Virus record (IMG/VR): IMGVR_UViG_3300039066_000012
Location: 1 to 40,015 of that record
DNA length: 40,015 nt
Direction: 5' to 3' (one strand)
From: a virus
Taxonomy: Duplodnaviria > Caudoviricetes
The translations under genes and the position numbers were made by a program. Of the stretch, positions 16,848 through 26,544 are shown piece by piece. Position 1 is the stretch's first letter; each line of letters starts with the position of its first letter. Under the pieces are notes generated by a model. The model did not search any database and was not told the DNA's origin. It saw only the letters and a list, made by a program, of their open reading frames with translations.

Positions 16848-18146
16848 TTAAGCTGGTGCTATAGTGGTCACGGTTCCTGAAGAACCACGGAACTTAAGCG
16901 CGCCACCTTCTACGTAAAGTTGACCCATTCCGGCAGGCGATGTGCTTGGGGCCGTTGCGTTAGCCATGCCGATAACTGCTGCGGCACTGGTTCCCACACT
17001 CGTCGTCCCCACCAGCAAGTTGCCGCTGCTGTCGATGCGCATACGTTCAGCGCTGTTGGTCTTGAGCAGAAGATTGTGGTTTGTTGTAGTGCCGATTGAG
17101 CCTTGCGCCCCACCTTCTGCTGACATAAGTATGTTGCAAGAGCCAGCAGTTACCGCAGCATCAAACTGAACTTGCAGCCTATACGCCGGAGCAGTCGTAC
17201 CAATCCCGACGTTGCCGCTGGCGTCTATATAAAACTTCGAAGCGTATGTGTTCCCCGTTTGTGTGGTTGATTGCGAAATTGAGAAGTCGCCGTAAGCGTT
17301 CAAGTCATTGAGGATGCGCCAAGAACGGCTGTTCGCATTACCAGCATAAGCCATGTTATAGTGCGCGCCAGAAAAGCCTGACGGAATGCCAATCGCGCCA
17401 TTAACATCCAGCTTATATGCTGGCGAACTCGTGCCAATCCCGACGTTGCCGCTGCTGTCGATGCGCATACGTTCTGTTTCACTGCCGCTGAAACTATTCT
17501 GCGTTGTGAAAAGAAGGTCATTTACAAATGAACCCGCTGTCCCGCTCCCAACTGCCTTAACTTGCCAAGCAGCTACGCGGCCAGCATCCCCGTATCCGCC
17601 AGATAATTGAATACCGCCCGTGCTGGCCGAGCCATATGCGCCAGCGCGAACAATGGCAAAGTTACCCGCTGGAACGGGAATATCCGTTGCGGATGCGGTA
17701 GTCCCTATATGCAGCAAGCCCCTTGGGGTTGTGTTTGCAATCCCGACGTTTCCACTGCCAAACACACCAAGTACGCCGCCAGAACCAATAAGCGTTCCGT
17801 ATCCATCAGCATCTATAATAACTTGGTCGCTGGAGTTGCGCCCTATAAGGCTTATGGAAAGTGTATTTGCTGCGTTGCGGCCTGACAGATAATAGGCATT
17901 AGACAGCAGGATGTTTCCTGTATCAACATGGAGCTTGGCACTTGGCGAACTGGTCCCAATCCCGACGTTGCCCGAAAAATACCCAACACCAGCCTTAGTA
18001 ACACTAAAATGCTCAGTGCCGTTGGTCTGAAGTGTCACAAGTTTGGAAGAGACAGCCGAAGAAGTGTCAGTTACGTTCAGCTTAATGCCGTTGAACGTGG
18101 TTCCCCCTGCGTTCCAAGTGTCGGTAAGATCATAAATGTAAGCCAT
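16848..18146 (-). CDS. Tail fibre/receptor-binding protein
   Basis: Repeated GNVGIGT.SP and ERMRIDSSGN modules; Gly/Ser/Thr rich. Confidence 0.85.
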   Translation of the reverse strand: MAYIYDLTDTWNAGGTTFNGIKLNVTDTSSAVSSKLVTLQTNGTEHFSVTKAGVGYFSGNVGIGTSSPSAKLHVDTGNILLSNAYYLSGRNAANTLSISLIGRNSSDQVIIDADGYGTLIGSGGVLGVFGSGNVGIANTTPRGLLHIGTTASATDIPVPAGNFAIVRAGAYGSASTGGIQLSGGYGDAGRVAAWQVKAVGSGTAGSFVNDLLFTTQNSFSGSETERMRIDSSGNVGIGTSSPAYKLDVNGAIGIPSGFSGAHYNMAYAGNANSRSWRILNDLNAYGDFSISQSTTQTGNTYASKFYIDASGNVGIGTTAPAYRLQVQFDAAVTAGSCNILMSAEGGAQGSIGTTTNHNLLLKTNSAERMRIDSSGNLLVGTTSVGTSAAAVIGMANATAPSTSPAGMGQLYVEGGALKFRGSSGTVTTIAPA

Positions 18147-18170
18147 AACATATCCTTATCATTTTATCGA

Positions 18171-20633
18171 CTAGCTGCCAACTGCTGACGCTGTTCCGAT
18201 GAAGTAAATATCCTTGGTTGTTGTAGACGATGTGCGCCGTGCGAATAGTTGCACTTCATAGTCTGTGCTTGCCGACAGTCCAGTCTTCAATGGCGAGCAG
18301 TCAACGAAGCCGTCGTCTGTAAAGTAATCACCATCGAAATACACTTGTGTGTCAGGATCAGAGTTCACGGCAGTGGCCACATCGGCAAATGAGCCGCTGA
18401 TAGCGCGATATTGCCACTTCATCTCAATGTTCGAGTTGGCAGTGCTGATTGTTGGACTTGACGCAAGGGCTGTGACCGACAGGGCCGCTGAGAACTGCAC
18501 CTGTCCACTGGTCCCCGTCTTTACGGTCATGAGGTCAGAGATGGCCACAAAGCTAGTGCCGCTCACTGAACTAAAGGTCGAGTCGGTCACAGTCGTACCA
18601 CCGCCGGTCCCCGTGCTTGGAGGCGCAGCATCATTGCGCGTTACGCCAATGCGTGCATCAAGCGTTGTGCCATCGCGCACTGAGCGCACTTCAATCGCAG
18701 ACGATGCGCCAATGGTCGCGCCCGTTGGTATCGATACAATGCCGCTGGACGAGATGGTTACTGTGCCAGTGATACCTGTTTGCGAAATGATGCTCCACGT
18801 TGTCGTTGATGACACATCCGTCCCACCGCGACGACGAACAACGTTTATGGTCTTGGGCAATTGGCCGTCTGCGAGTACGCCGAGATAGTTGGCGGCGAAG
18901 GCCACAGGGGCAGCCTGGTCGAGCGATGGTACAGCGTTGGCCGTAACGTCAGCATTGTTCTCCGGCTTGTCGCCATTGTCATCAATGACACCAGACCAAT
19001 CTGCCGTTGTGCCAGCGACATCAATCCCAAGGATAAACGGGCTGTTGAGTGGGTTGTATACGGTCGGAGCGGTTGGGGTTACCGGGGCAACATCTTCAGC
19101 GTCCCATGCGTAGATCGCAGCGCTCTCTTCGACCAGTGCGAGAGGCACTTGGCCGTCAAACCGTATCTCTTGGCTGACTACGCGGAACGGCTTGTTCGAC
19201 CAGCCAAGCGCCTCAAGGCTCATAAGCACAACGTCACCAACCTGACAGCCGAGCGCCTTGGCGTTAAACACCGCAGAGAACATGCCCCGATATTGGTTGC
19301 GCTGAAGTATTTGCTTTGCGAGACGCTGCGCCCTGCGCCCATCCTCGACATAGTACAGGTCAACGCTCATGACGCGCTCAACGCCATCCGGCGATGCGAA
19401 ACCGACCTCCGGGTAATCGACAAGCTGGTAAAGGCTGTTCTGCGACGGGTCAATAAAGCGGCCACGGGCAATGTTGTAGTTCTCAGTCAGGCCACGGGTC
19501 TGCTGCCAATCGAACTCGCCCAGCATGTCCTGCTCGTCAAGGCTCAACGTGTAGTCCGCAAGGTCGTTCTTCATGACGGTCAGCGTCAACTTGCCGCCGC
19601 TATCCCGAAGCGTGGCGTTCATGCACATTAAGAAGTTATTAATAATGTCCATGCGGTCATCCGCATCTGACGCAGTGCCACTGGTGCGATAGCGTTTCTG
19701 CGTACCGCCTGTGGCGAGGGTGACGGTCTCGTCGCAAATATTTGCAGCCGTGATGAACGACTCCATATCGATGCGGGTATAAGGGACACCGCAGCCAACG
19801 GACAGCTTGCTGTTGATATTCCAGCCTATCAGCCACCAGAGCAACTGGAGAGCGGGGTTGTCAGTGTCGTCAGCGTCAGTGTATGCGCCCCAAGTCGTTT
19901 GGTCTGTGGCGCGGTGCGATCCTGAGCCACCGGGGACCGTGCTATCTTTACGCGGGTCGTACAGCGCAGCGCCGTCGCCGATGATGGTCACACGGCTAGG
20001 TAGGCCACCCACCAATGGGCTTTCGGCAGTCTTTGTGTTGCCAGTGCGCTTGATGCGCAAATGCACATAGGCACAGCCCGTGAGGCGGCGAGATGTTCCC
20101 CACTTTGACCCACCGTTGATGGAGATGGTGTTTGCCGCTGTACCTTCAGTGCGCGTTGTAACCGTCAGGTAACCTGTGTACGTCGCCGTGACACCACCAC
20201 TGGCTGACCATGCCAACTTCTCTTCGAACCAAATCTCGTCAATCGATGCGACCTTGTGCGCAGCGACGGCGACTATGTAATCCACATATTCTTGGTTCGT
20301 TCCGCTGGACTCATGGTAGCGCAGGTCAAGAGGCATTGCCGTAGTGCCGAAGACCGCCTTGCGTGGCGTGCTGGGGTCAAGGCTGACGTTTAGGCGTGAG
20401 AGTTGGGACTTTGGTGCTTTAGCTGAAAAGAATTGTTGAGATACGCCAGACAAAAGAGCCGTCGCGGCCATCCCAAGAAACATTGAGCCAATACCGCTTA
20501 TGGCGACTCCGCCGATGACGGTGGTTCCACCAAGGCCGATGACGCCAGAGCCAGCTACAGAAAGCCCCCCTGTTGCAAAGCCGACACCTATGAAAACGGC
20601 AGCAAGTGCTACACCCTTCAGAACCTTACCCAC
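18171..20633 (-). CDS. Tail tip/host specificity protein (gpJ-like)
   Basis: PRKAVFG, LYDPRKD, DNPALQL, VGDVV motifs; position after the NlpC-like gene; GTG start at 20633. Confidence 0.85.
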   Translation of the reverse strand: MGKVLKGVALAAVFIGVGFATGGLSVAGSGVIGLGGTTVIGGVAISGIGSMFLGMAATALLSGVSQQFFSAKAPKSQLSRLNVSLDPSTPRKAVFGTTAMPLDLRYHESSGTNQEYVDYIVAVAAHKVASIDEIWFEEKLAWSASGGVTATYTGYLTVTTRTEGTAANTISINGGSKWGTSRRLTGCAYVHLRIKRTGNTKTAESPLVGGLPSRVTIIGDGAALYDPRKDSTVPGGSGSHRATDQTTWGAYTDADDTDNPALQLLWWLIGWNINSKLSVGCGVPYTRIDMESFITAANICDETVTLATGGTQKRYRTSGTASDADDRMDIINNFLMCMNATLRDSGGKLTLTVMKNDLADYTLSLDEQDMLGEFDWQQTRGLTENYNIARGRFIDPSQNSLYQLVDYPEVGFASPDGVERVMSVDLYYVEDGRRAQRLAKQILQRNQYRGMFSAVFNAKALGCQVGDVVLMSLEALGWSNKPFRVVSQEIRFDGQVPLALVEESAAIYAWDAEDVAPVTPTAPTVYNPLNSPFILGIDVAGTTADWSGVIDDNGDKPENNADVTANAVPSLDQAAPVAFAANYLGVLADGQLPKTINVVRRRGGTDVSSTTTWSIISQTGITGTVTISSSGIVSIPTGATIGASSAIEVRSVRDGTTLDARIGVTRNDAAPPSTGTGGGTTVTDSTFSSVSGTSFVAISDLMTVKTGTSGQVQFSAALSVTALASSPTISTANSNIEMKWQYRAISGSFADVATAVNSDPDTQVYFDGDYFTDDGFVDCSPLKTGLSASTDYEVQLFARRTSSTTTKDIYFIGTASAVGS

Positions 20634-21024
20634 GGCCAACACTCCAGCATTTGTCCCACAGTGCGCGTGGAACTCTCTCTAAGCCGTCATCCGAAGCGAA
20701 ATAGGCGAAGCCACCCATTACTACACCAACAGAGCCATCAAAGAAAGCCAAGTCACCTCTTTGTGCGTGACCAATTCCGATTTCTGGAAACTTTCCGTCA
20801 AGCGTTGCTTCAAGTGTCCCAGCGCCAATCTCTTTGATTACCTTGAGGCTACCCTTGAGGCTGTCGTACTTGCCGCGAAACTCAGACATAGGGTCTTCGC
20901 CCGTGATCTCAATCACAGCGCCAGCAGCGAACAGGCAGCAATCGTTTACGCCATACTCAAATGGTTCATGCCGCTTTGTCGCTATATAGTTGACTAGCGC
21001 GTCTTCCCAAGCTGATATTCTCAT
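20626..21024 (-). CDS. NlpC/P60-like tail assembly protein (DUF6950-like)
   Basis: PFEYGVNDCCLFAA..V..ITGED, AQRGD. Confidence 0.8.
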   Translation of the reverse strand: MRISAWEDALVNYIATKRHEPFEYGVNDCCLFAAGAVIEITGEDPMSEFRGKYDSLKGSLKVIKEIGAGTLEATLDGKFPEIGIGHAQRGDLAFFDGSVGVVMGGFAYFASDDGLERVPRALWDKCWSVGRG

Positions 21025-21731
21025 CGGAAGTTTTCCATTCCATTAAATTCACCTTGGTTACTGCCACCGCCTCCAGCGCCATAGCCATAAGCACCAGCCG
21101 CCGCCATGCCGTTGGCAGCAGAGATGGCAGCCTCACCGCTTAGGTCGCCAGAATCATATATGTTCTGGATGAGGTAGGTCTTGTTCTGCGCCCCTGCGAT
21201 GCTGACCAGATAATTCTCAATCCTCAGCGCCACGACTTGATTATCTGGCGAGCCAGTAATGCCGACCTCATTCATATAGCCAGTGTAATAAGGGATGATG
21301 GAGCCGACTTGGTTTTCATTCTGGTCAACGCAATAGAACCACAGCCGAGCAGTGCGTCCTTGCCAGCGGGTCTTGTCACCAATGATGTTAAGGAAGTCGG
21401 ACGAACGCATCCGGATTAACTCCTCATCGCGTGTGTAGACGTAATCACCATCGCGCTCTTGCAGATAGTCAAGGTTGACAATCAACCCGCCCATTGAAAT
21501 CGATACAGTGTCAGAGCCAGTTTCGTTATGCTTGACAGATGATACGCTAATCAGATTGTGATCGAAGCTGTCGTATGTGCCATCCAACTCAGCGTCACCG
21601 GAGCCAGAGATGACCTTCTCGTAAAGGCCGCTGGTTCCACGCAGCACATCGCCGTCAAAGTCCGCATATATCAGCACACGCCAATTGACGACTTGCGCCT
21701 CAAGCGCGGCTTGCGTGGTTGCGTCAACCAT
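21021..21731 (-). CDS. Minor tail protein
   Basis: WQGRTARLW, YTGYMN; position between Dit and the NlpC-like gene. Confidence 0.7.
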   Translation of the reverse strand: MVDATTQAALEAQVVNWRVLIYADFDGDVLRGTSGLYEKVISGSGDAELDGTYDSFDHNLISVSSVKHNETGSDTVSISMGGLIVNLDYLQERDGDYVYTRDEELIRMRSSDFLNIIGDKTRWQGRTARLWFYCVDQNENQVGSIIPYYTGYMNEVGITGSPDNQVVALRIENYLVSIAGAQNKTYLIQNIYDSGDLSGEAAISAANGMAAAGAYGYGAGGGGSNQGEFNGMENFR

Positions 21732-22321
21732 TAGAAGGACTCCCGAAGATTCAGCGAGAGGCTATACACATAGCCGTTCTCAACCGAAAGCGTTGGCTCC
21801 TCTACCATGTACATTAAGCAATAAGGGTTCTTGAACTCTATGGCCGCATTGTCAGAGGGCGCGGTGCGAATAGGCGGCTCGAACGTGAGCGTTGCGACAC
21901 CAGAGCCGTTCGACGTTACGTTCTCAGTCAACTGCAAAAGCTGGTTGTTGATGGTGACAAATTGTCCAGCGACAAGCACTGTGGATGACACAGGCCAGCC
22001 GTCGGTGGCTAGTGTGCGACCAGTCTGCGATGCACCATTGACCAACGGTGTTGCTGATGCGGATGATTGCGCCGTTGGGTCAACGGGTATCTGAAAGTCA
22101 TTGGCCTTGCCACGGCTCTTCGCTATGAATGCACGCCATGCGTTGACGTTCGTGGTCCCGACGATTGGCGGCAATGACAACTGGCATTCCCACCAGCCGC
22201 GTCCAGATGCGATGGTCTGGCGGCGACCCGTCCATTCCGACACGTTGGTCTGCGCTGGCATAACCAAGCGCCATGACATGCCGTTGGGCTTAGGGGTCGA
22301 AGGGAACGTTACTGTTGCCAT
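21731..22321 (-). CDS. Distal tail protein (Dit-like)
   Basis: Follows the TMP; SEWTG..QT, FEPPIR, C-terminal LRESF. Confidence 0.75.
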   Translation of the reverse strand: MATVTFPSTPKPNGMSWRLVMPAQTNVSEWTGRRQTIASGRGWWECQLSLPPIVGTTNVNAWRAFIAKSRGKANDFQIPVDPTAQSSASATPLVNGASQTGRTLATDGWPVSSTVLVAGQFVTINNQLLQLTENVTSNGSGVATLTFEPPIRTAPSDNAAIEFKNPYCLMYMVEEPTLSVENGYVYSLSLNLRESF

Positions 22322-24090
22322 TATTGCATAACTCCACCAAGGCGCGGTCTACGCAGCCCTGCAACCGTGCGCGACTCTGCCGCAGCGATGATGGCCGGCG
22401 CCGCTTCCATAATGCCCTGCTGCACTTGAGCGCGAACAGCCGCAGGATCGGATGCACCACGCGCATCGACGCTGATGTTGAAGTTGCCGCCACCGCCATT
22501 GCTGGACAAATTGCGGTTAGGGATGATCGTCCCACTGCCGCCAGGGATGAACAACTCTGGACCTTGCTCGCCGACCATATAGGGTTTGTTCTTACCGACA
22601 GAACCACCGATGGCTTTGCCGGTTAGGGCCGCTGTAGTCCCTGATCCAAAACCCTTTACTGGCGTGCCGGTTGCCCCACCAAGTGCGCCACTGATTAATC
22701 CAACAATTTTCTGCACAACAAACAGCTTCCACAGTTCATCAATGACTGTTCCAATTAGGCTGCGCATTCCGTCTTTCCAAGAAGTCGCACCCGTCAGCAT
22801 ACCCTTAAAGGCATTGCTTACCGATTGACCCACTGCTTCAAACGAAGAGTTAAGTTCGTCAGTGCGGGAGATGATTGCTTCCATTTCCTTGCTTACAGGC
22901 TGCTCTCCCAAATCAGGCAAGGCATCCTTAACCATGCGGTCGGCTTCTTTGAGGTCTTCCTTGAGCATATCGCTGTAAGCGTTCATCTCAATGGACTCCA
23001 CCGCAGCCTTGAATGGCGCAATGGTAGCGGCCTGTCCGACCTTAGACAGTTCCATAAAGTCTTTTTCCAACATGGCAATTTCACGCTGGTAGGCAGGGAT
23101 TTCCTTCATCCCAACTTTTCCAATCTTATCCATGAAGGATTCAATTGACTTAGCTTCTTTTTCACGTTCAGCTTCGGCTTTTTTAGCGTCTCTTTCGGTT
23201 TGCGCTTGCAATTTATTGGCAGCAGTTTGCGCGGCCCGCAAGGCCTTGTTGCTTGCTGCCGTGTCTTCCTTGGCATGACGTTGCTTCATTTTAGCAACCG
23301 TATTTTGCAACTGGAGCATTTCAGTATTTATGTCTAAAGTTTTGGTAGTGGCTTCATTGTATTTGCCAGTCGCCACGGTGTTTTGATACATGGCCGCACC
23401 AACTTGCCATACGGGCTTGGTCCTCCAATTATCTAAAACTTTTTGGCTGTCTTGCATTTTACGGCCAAATTTACCGGCCTCAGTTGCTGACTTCTGAAAC
23501 TCAAATTGCAGTCCTGCTAATTTGGTCTCATATAATGCCAGTACCTCTTGGCGAGTTTGCGCCAAGGTGACTTGATAATCAAACAAAGCATCGCGAGAAC
23601 GTTCAAGCGCATTCTTAAATTTATCATTAACCTCTGGGGCTTGGCTCATCATGCCCCAGAGTGCGGAAACAGCCATTGTGCCAATAACAAGAGCAGCGCC
23701 CCAAGGGCCAGCTAGAAATGCACCAACTTTACCAGCCACACCGCCCATTTGCTGCATGGCGATACCGACTTGACCAATTTGCTGGTTAAACGCTTGTACC
23801 GGACTTGCACCTGTTGACACACTGGTTGCAAAGTCGTTGATCTGCATACCAAGCTGCTGAGTGCCCTGACGGTTTTGGCGCAGCGCCTTAGACTGCGCAT
23901 CTAACGCATTGTTGTAGCGAACACCATTACGCACCACGGCATCAGTAGAAGCGGCAACTCCAGCGTTAGCCGTCTTCAACGCGTCCATTTCCTTGCGCAG
24001 CTTATCAACAGAGTCCGTTAGCTTTTTAAGCTGCTCGTTCCCAGAGACCTGAGCGGCAAATAGAAACTCAACTTTTTGGTCCTGAGCCAC
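22321..24090 (-). CDS. Tape measure protein
   Basis: QQLGMQINDFA..V..G; helical Ala-rich body; GG.V...KPYMVGEQGPELFIP C-terminus. Confidence 0.9.
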   Translation of the reverse strand: MAQDQKVEFLFAAQVSGNEQLKKLTDSVDKLRKEMDALKTANAGVAASTDAVVRNGVRYNNALDAQSKALRQNRQGTQQLGMQINDFATSVSTGASPVQAFNQQIGQVGIAMQQMGGVAGKVGAFLAGPWGAALVIGTMAVSALWGMMSQAPEVNDKFKNALERSRDALFDYQVTLAQTRQEVLALYETKLAGLQFEFQKSATEAGKFGRKMQDSQKVLDNWRTKPVWQVGAAMYQNTVATGKYNEATTKTLDINTEMLQLQNTVAKMKQRHAKEDTAASNKALRAAQTAANKLQAQTERDAKKAEAEREKEAKSIESFMDKIGKVGMKEIPAYQREIAMLEKDFMELSKVGQAATIAPFKAAVESIEMNAYSDMLKEDLKEADRMVKDALPDLGEQPVSKEMEAIISRTDELNSSFEAVGQSVSNAFKGMLTGATSWKDGMRSLIGTVIDELWKLFVVQKIVGLISGALGGATGTPVKGFGSGTTAALTGKAIGGSVGKNKPYMVGEQGPELFIPGGSGTIIPNRNLSSNGGGGNFNISVDARGASDPAAVRAQVQQGIMEAAPAIIAAAESRTVAGLRRPRLGGVMQ

Positions 24091-24570
24091 GCTTTTTCTG
24101 CCTCTCTGCGTCTAGCTTGAAATAAGCCACCCATTCGTTATAGTGTGAAATTGGTATTTCTTCAATCTCTGAGATGCTTTTCCCAAGTCGATCCGCCAAG
24201 GTCAGTAGATTAAACCTAAACGGATCGTCTGTTAGTTTTTTTCATGCTCCTCGACGCTGGTTCCGCTCATGAACGCAGCGGCAACAGTCGAGATAACGCC
24301 AACCTCTTCGCGCATCAAAATGGCCTTGTCTTCAAGCGTGAACAACTTGTCGCCTTGGCCTGTCTCTGCCTTGAGGATAATCAGATCGACCATCGCCTCA
24401 AAGGATGCGGAATTAAGGAACTGGGGGTGCTTGCGCTGGATGCGGTTCAATTCACCAGCGAGCAGGGGGCCGTAGTAAACCTTCTCCGGCGCTCCCTTTT
24501 CACCCCATTCTGCGACCTCAATATGTGTCTTGGTCGATGTACGCTCTGCAATACGCTTTGAAATACTCAT
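24068..24570 (-). CDS. Tail assembly chaperone G (24232-24570) with -1 frameshift extension GT (to 24068)
   Basis: A AAA AAC slippery site before TAA; the -1 frame reads LTDDPFRFNLLTLADRLGKSISEIEE...EWVAYF. Confidence 0.8.
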
Positions 24571-24588
24571 AAATTATATCCTTCTAAG

Positions 24589-24981
24589 TTAAACCGTAGC
24601 AGCACTCAATGAACCAGTACCCTGAAGCGTGATCGCTGACTCCACCAGGCCATCGAAGCTACCTGTTACAGTTTTGCCGGTAACAATGGCGCTACCTGTC
24701 AAATACGAGTCGCCGGATGATGCACCTTCTGGCATGAAGCGAACTGTGACTTCCGAGCCAACGACCAAAGCGCCTTGGCCCGTGGTGTCAGCTTCATCCC
24801 AGAACACATCAACCGAACCTGTCCACGCCTTGAGCGTAGTCTTGAAGGTCCGGTAGCTGTCGCCCATTGATGTGTCTTCCGCAGTGTCAGCGGTCTCTTC
24901 GATTGAATACGAGCGGATTTCAAGGATGCTGTTGGTCGCGCCAACTTTGACAGTGCCTTCTGAGCCGGTATGCGTTGCCAT
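24589..24981 (-). CDS. Major tail tube protein, copy 2
   Basis: IRSYSIEETADTAEDT.MGD, WTGSVDVFWD, LQGTG. Confidence 0.85.
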   Translation of the reverse strand: MATHTGSEGTVKVGATNSILEIRSYSIEETADTAEDTSMGDSYRTFKTTLKAWTGSVDVFWDEADTTGQGALVVGSEVTVRFMPEGASSGDSYLTGSAIVTGKTVTGSFDGLVESAITLQGTGSLSAATV

Positions 24982-24992
24982 CTAAGTAGTCC

Positions 24993-25391
24993 TTAAGCTA
25001 AGGTGGAGAGCGTCAAAGCACCTGTGCCTTGAAGCGTGATTGTGGATTCGACCATGCCGTCGAAGCTGGCCGTTACGGTCTTACCTGTGACGATTGCGGT
25101 CCCAGAGTAATACTTCTCAGAAACGCCAGCCGACGCGCCCTCAGGGTAGAAGTTCGCAGTGACCTCCGCGCCAACGACAAGAGCAACCTGACCGTTCGTA
25201 TCAGTCTCGTCCCAGAACACATCAACCGATCCGGTCCATGCCTTCAGCGTGGTCTTAAACGTGCGATACTCATCACCCATTGCGCTGTCTTCAGCGGTAT
25301 CCGCTGTTTCCTCAAGCGAATAGGAGCGGATTTCGGCAATGGCGTTCGCGCCAACGCGAACAGTGCCTTCGCTACCAGTATGAGTTGCCAT
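24993..25391 (-). CDS. Major tail tube protein, copy 1
   Basis: Same motifs; roughly three-quarters identical to copy 2. Confidence 0.85.
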   Translation of the reverse strand: MATHTGSEGTVRVGANAIAEIRSYSLEETADTAEDSAMGDEYRTFKTTLKAWTGSVDVFWDETDTNGQVALVVGAEVTANFYPEGASAGVSEKYYSGTAIVTGKTVTASFDGMVESTITLQGTGALTLSTLA

Positions 25392-25534
25392 TACTCTTTC
25401 TCCTCTTTCGCCGCAGCCTTAGCCTTGGGTTTGTCTTCAGCGGGTTTCCAGCCGTTAGCGGCATAGCGTTCTAAATCAACGGCACAGGCGAGTATCTCAT
25501 CGCCAATAGCATTATAGACCTTGACCATCTTCAT
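25391..25534 (-). CDS. Small protein (47 aa, MKMVKVYNAIGDE...)
   Basis: ATGA and TAATG overlaps with both neighbours; not in the ORF track. Confidence 0.65.
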   Translation of the reverse strand: MKMVKVYNAIGDEILACAVDLERYAANGWKPAEDKPKAKAAAKEEKE

Positions 25535-25974
25535 CGCGCTGTCTCCACATCCGTTATGCTGGTGATATATTCAACTGTGTAAACCAGCCTTGCGGACGCA
25601 ATTGATTTCTCGCCTTCTACATTAATATCTATCTCAGTGCTAGTCAAAATGCAAGATTTGGCGAGGCCATTAAGCGTGAAGTCCGCAGCGATGGCTTCCT
25701 CCGCCGATACGCATATCGTATCAAGCGAATCTGACACCGTGGTGCTGCTACCCTTAATCATGATGTCGATGGCGACGTTAATCGCCCTCCGTAGAGTGCG
25801 TGTGCCGATGGTAATCATCGAACTGCTCTCGTCCATCGTGTAGACGCAGATGGCTGGCAGCTTGGCATCGTCAAGCGCATAGCGGCGCATCTTATAGACG
25901 CTGGTTCCAGTTGTGGGGAGGCCAGTGACTAGCGTTGCTAGGCGGTCTCTGATTTGCTGCCTAACGTGGCTCAT
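25531..25974 (-). CDS. Tail terminator-like protein
   Basis: MSHVRQQIR, LPAICVY..E, position before the tube genes. Confidence 0.75.
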   Translation of the reverse strand: MSHVRQQIRDRLATLVTGLPTTGTSVYKMRRYALDDAKLPAICVYTMDESSSMITIGTRTLRRAINVAIDIMIKGSSTTVSDSLDTICVSAEEAIAADFTLNGLAKSCILTSTEIDINVEGEKSIASARLVYTVEYITSITDVETAR

Positions 25975-25975
25975 A

Positions 25976-26287
25976 TCAAACCTTTTCTAAAACAAGTGTG
26001 CTTACGCCAGTGCCATCGTTCAAAACAACGCGCACAGTGTAGGTCACGGCGCGAATGATAATCTCGTCTCCGTCAGCAGCCGCTGGAACGTCAGCCGTGC
26101 GGCAAACGAACTGGGGCGACGGGATAGTAATGTCCATAAGGTCAGTTGCATTGCGGCTTGCCTGTGGTGCATCAAATATGCCCAGAACAGACGAAGCACT
26201 GCCGCCCACTGGTGTGTAGGTGGCAGTGTCCGCGAAATCGTCGAGTTCGAAGAAATCTAAAATGTCAGCGGCAGACTCAACGCCCAT
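25976..26287 (-). CDS. Head closure/head-tail joining protein (gpFII-like)
   Basis: DFADTATY, GIFD, DGTG.S.L.L. Confidence 0.75.
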   Translation of the reverse strand: MGVESAADILDFFELDDFADTATYTPVGGSASSVLGIFDAPQASRNATDLMDITIPSPQFVCRTADVPAAADGDEIIIRAVTYTVRVVLNDGTGVSTLVLEKV

Positions 26288-26483
26288 TGCGCTTAGGTCC
26301 ACGCGAGATCACAGGGTCGCGATGCTCAACCTTTGGGGCTTCAGCTACGCGAACTTCCTCGTGAATCTCCAGCTTCTTAGCAGCCATCAATACGACGCCC
26401 TCATGCGCAGGAAGCGTGACAATATCGCCCACACTAACTGGGCCTTGCGACGTTACAACGCCACGGATACATTCATATTGCAT
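26277..26483 (-). CDS. Small post-capsid protein
   Basis: AGGAGG RBS before MQYECIRG; GDIVTL motif, basic tail. Confidence 0.7.
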   Translation of the reverse strand: MQYECIRGVVTSQGPVSVGDIVTLPAHEGVVLMAAKKLEIHEEVRVAEAPKVEHRDPVISRGPKRNGR

Positions 26484-26494
26484 CAAAACCTCCT

Positions 26495-26537
26495 GAAAAG
26501 TGGGGGACCGAGATGACTTCCAAATCCCGGTCCCCAA
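26495..26537 (-). terminator. Rho-independent terminator after the capsid gene
   Basis: GGGGACCGGGAT/ATCTCGGTCCCC stem followed by CACTTTT. Confidence 0.7.
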
Positions 26538-26544
26538 CATTCAA

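Noticed and set aside
16848-18146. Diversity-generating retroelement or invertible fibre
   Set aside because: No reverse transcriptase, invertase or adenine-specific TR/VR pair; the repeats are direct.
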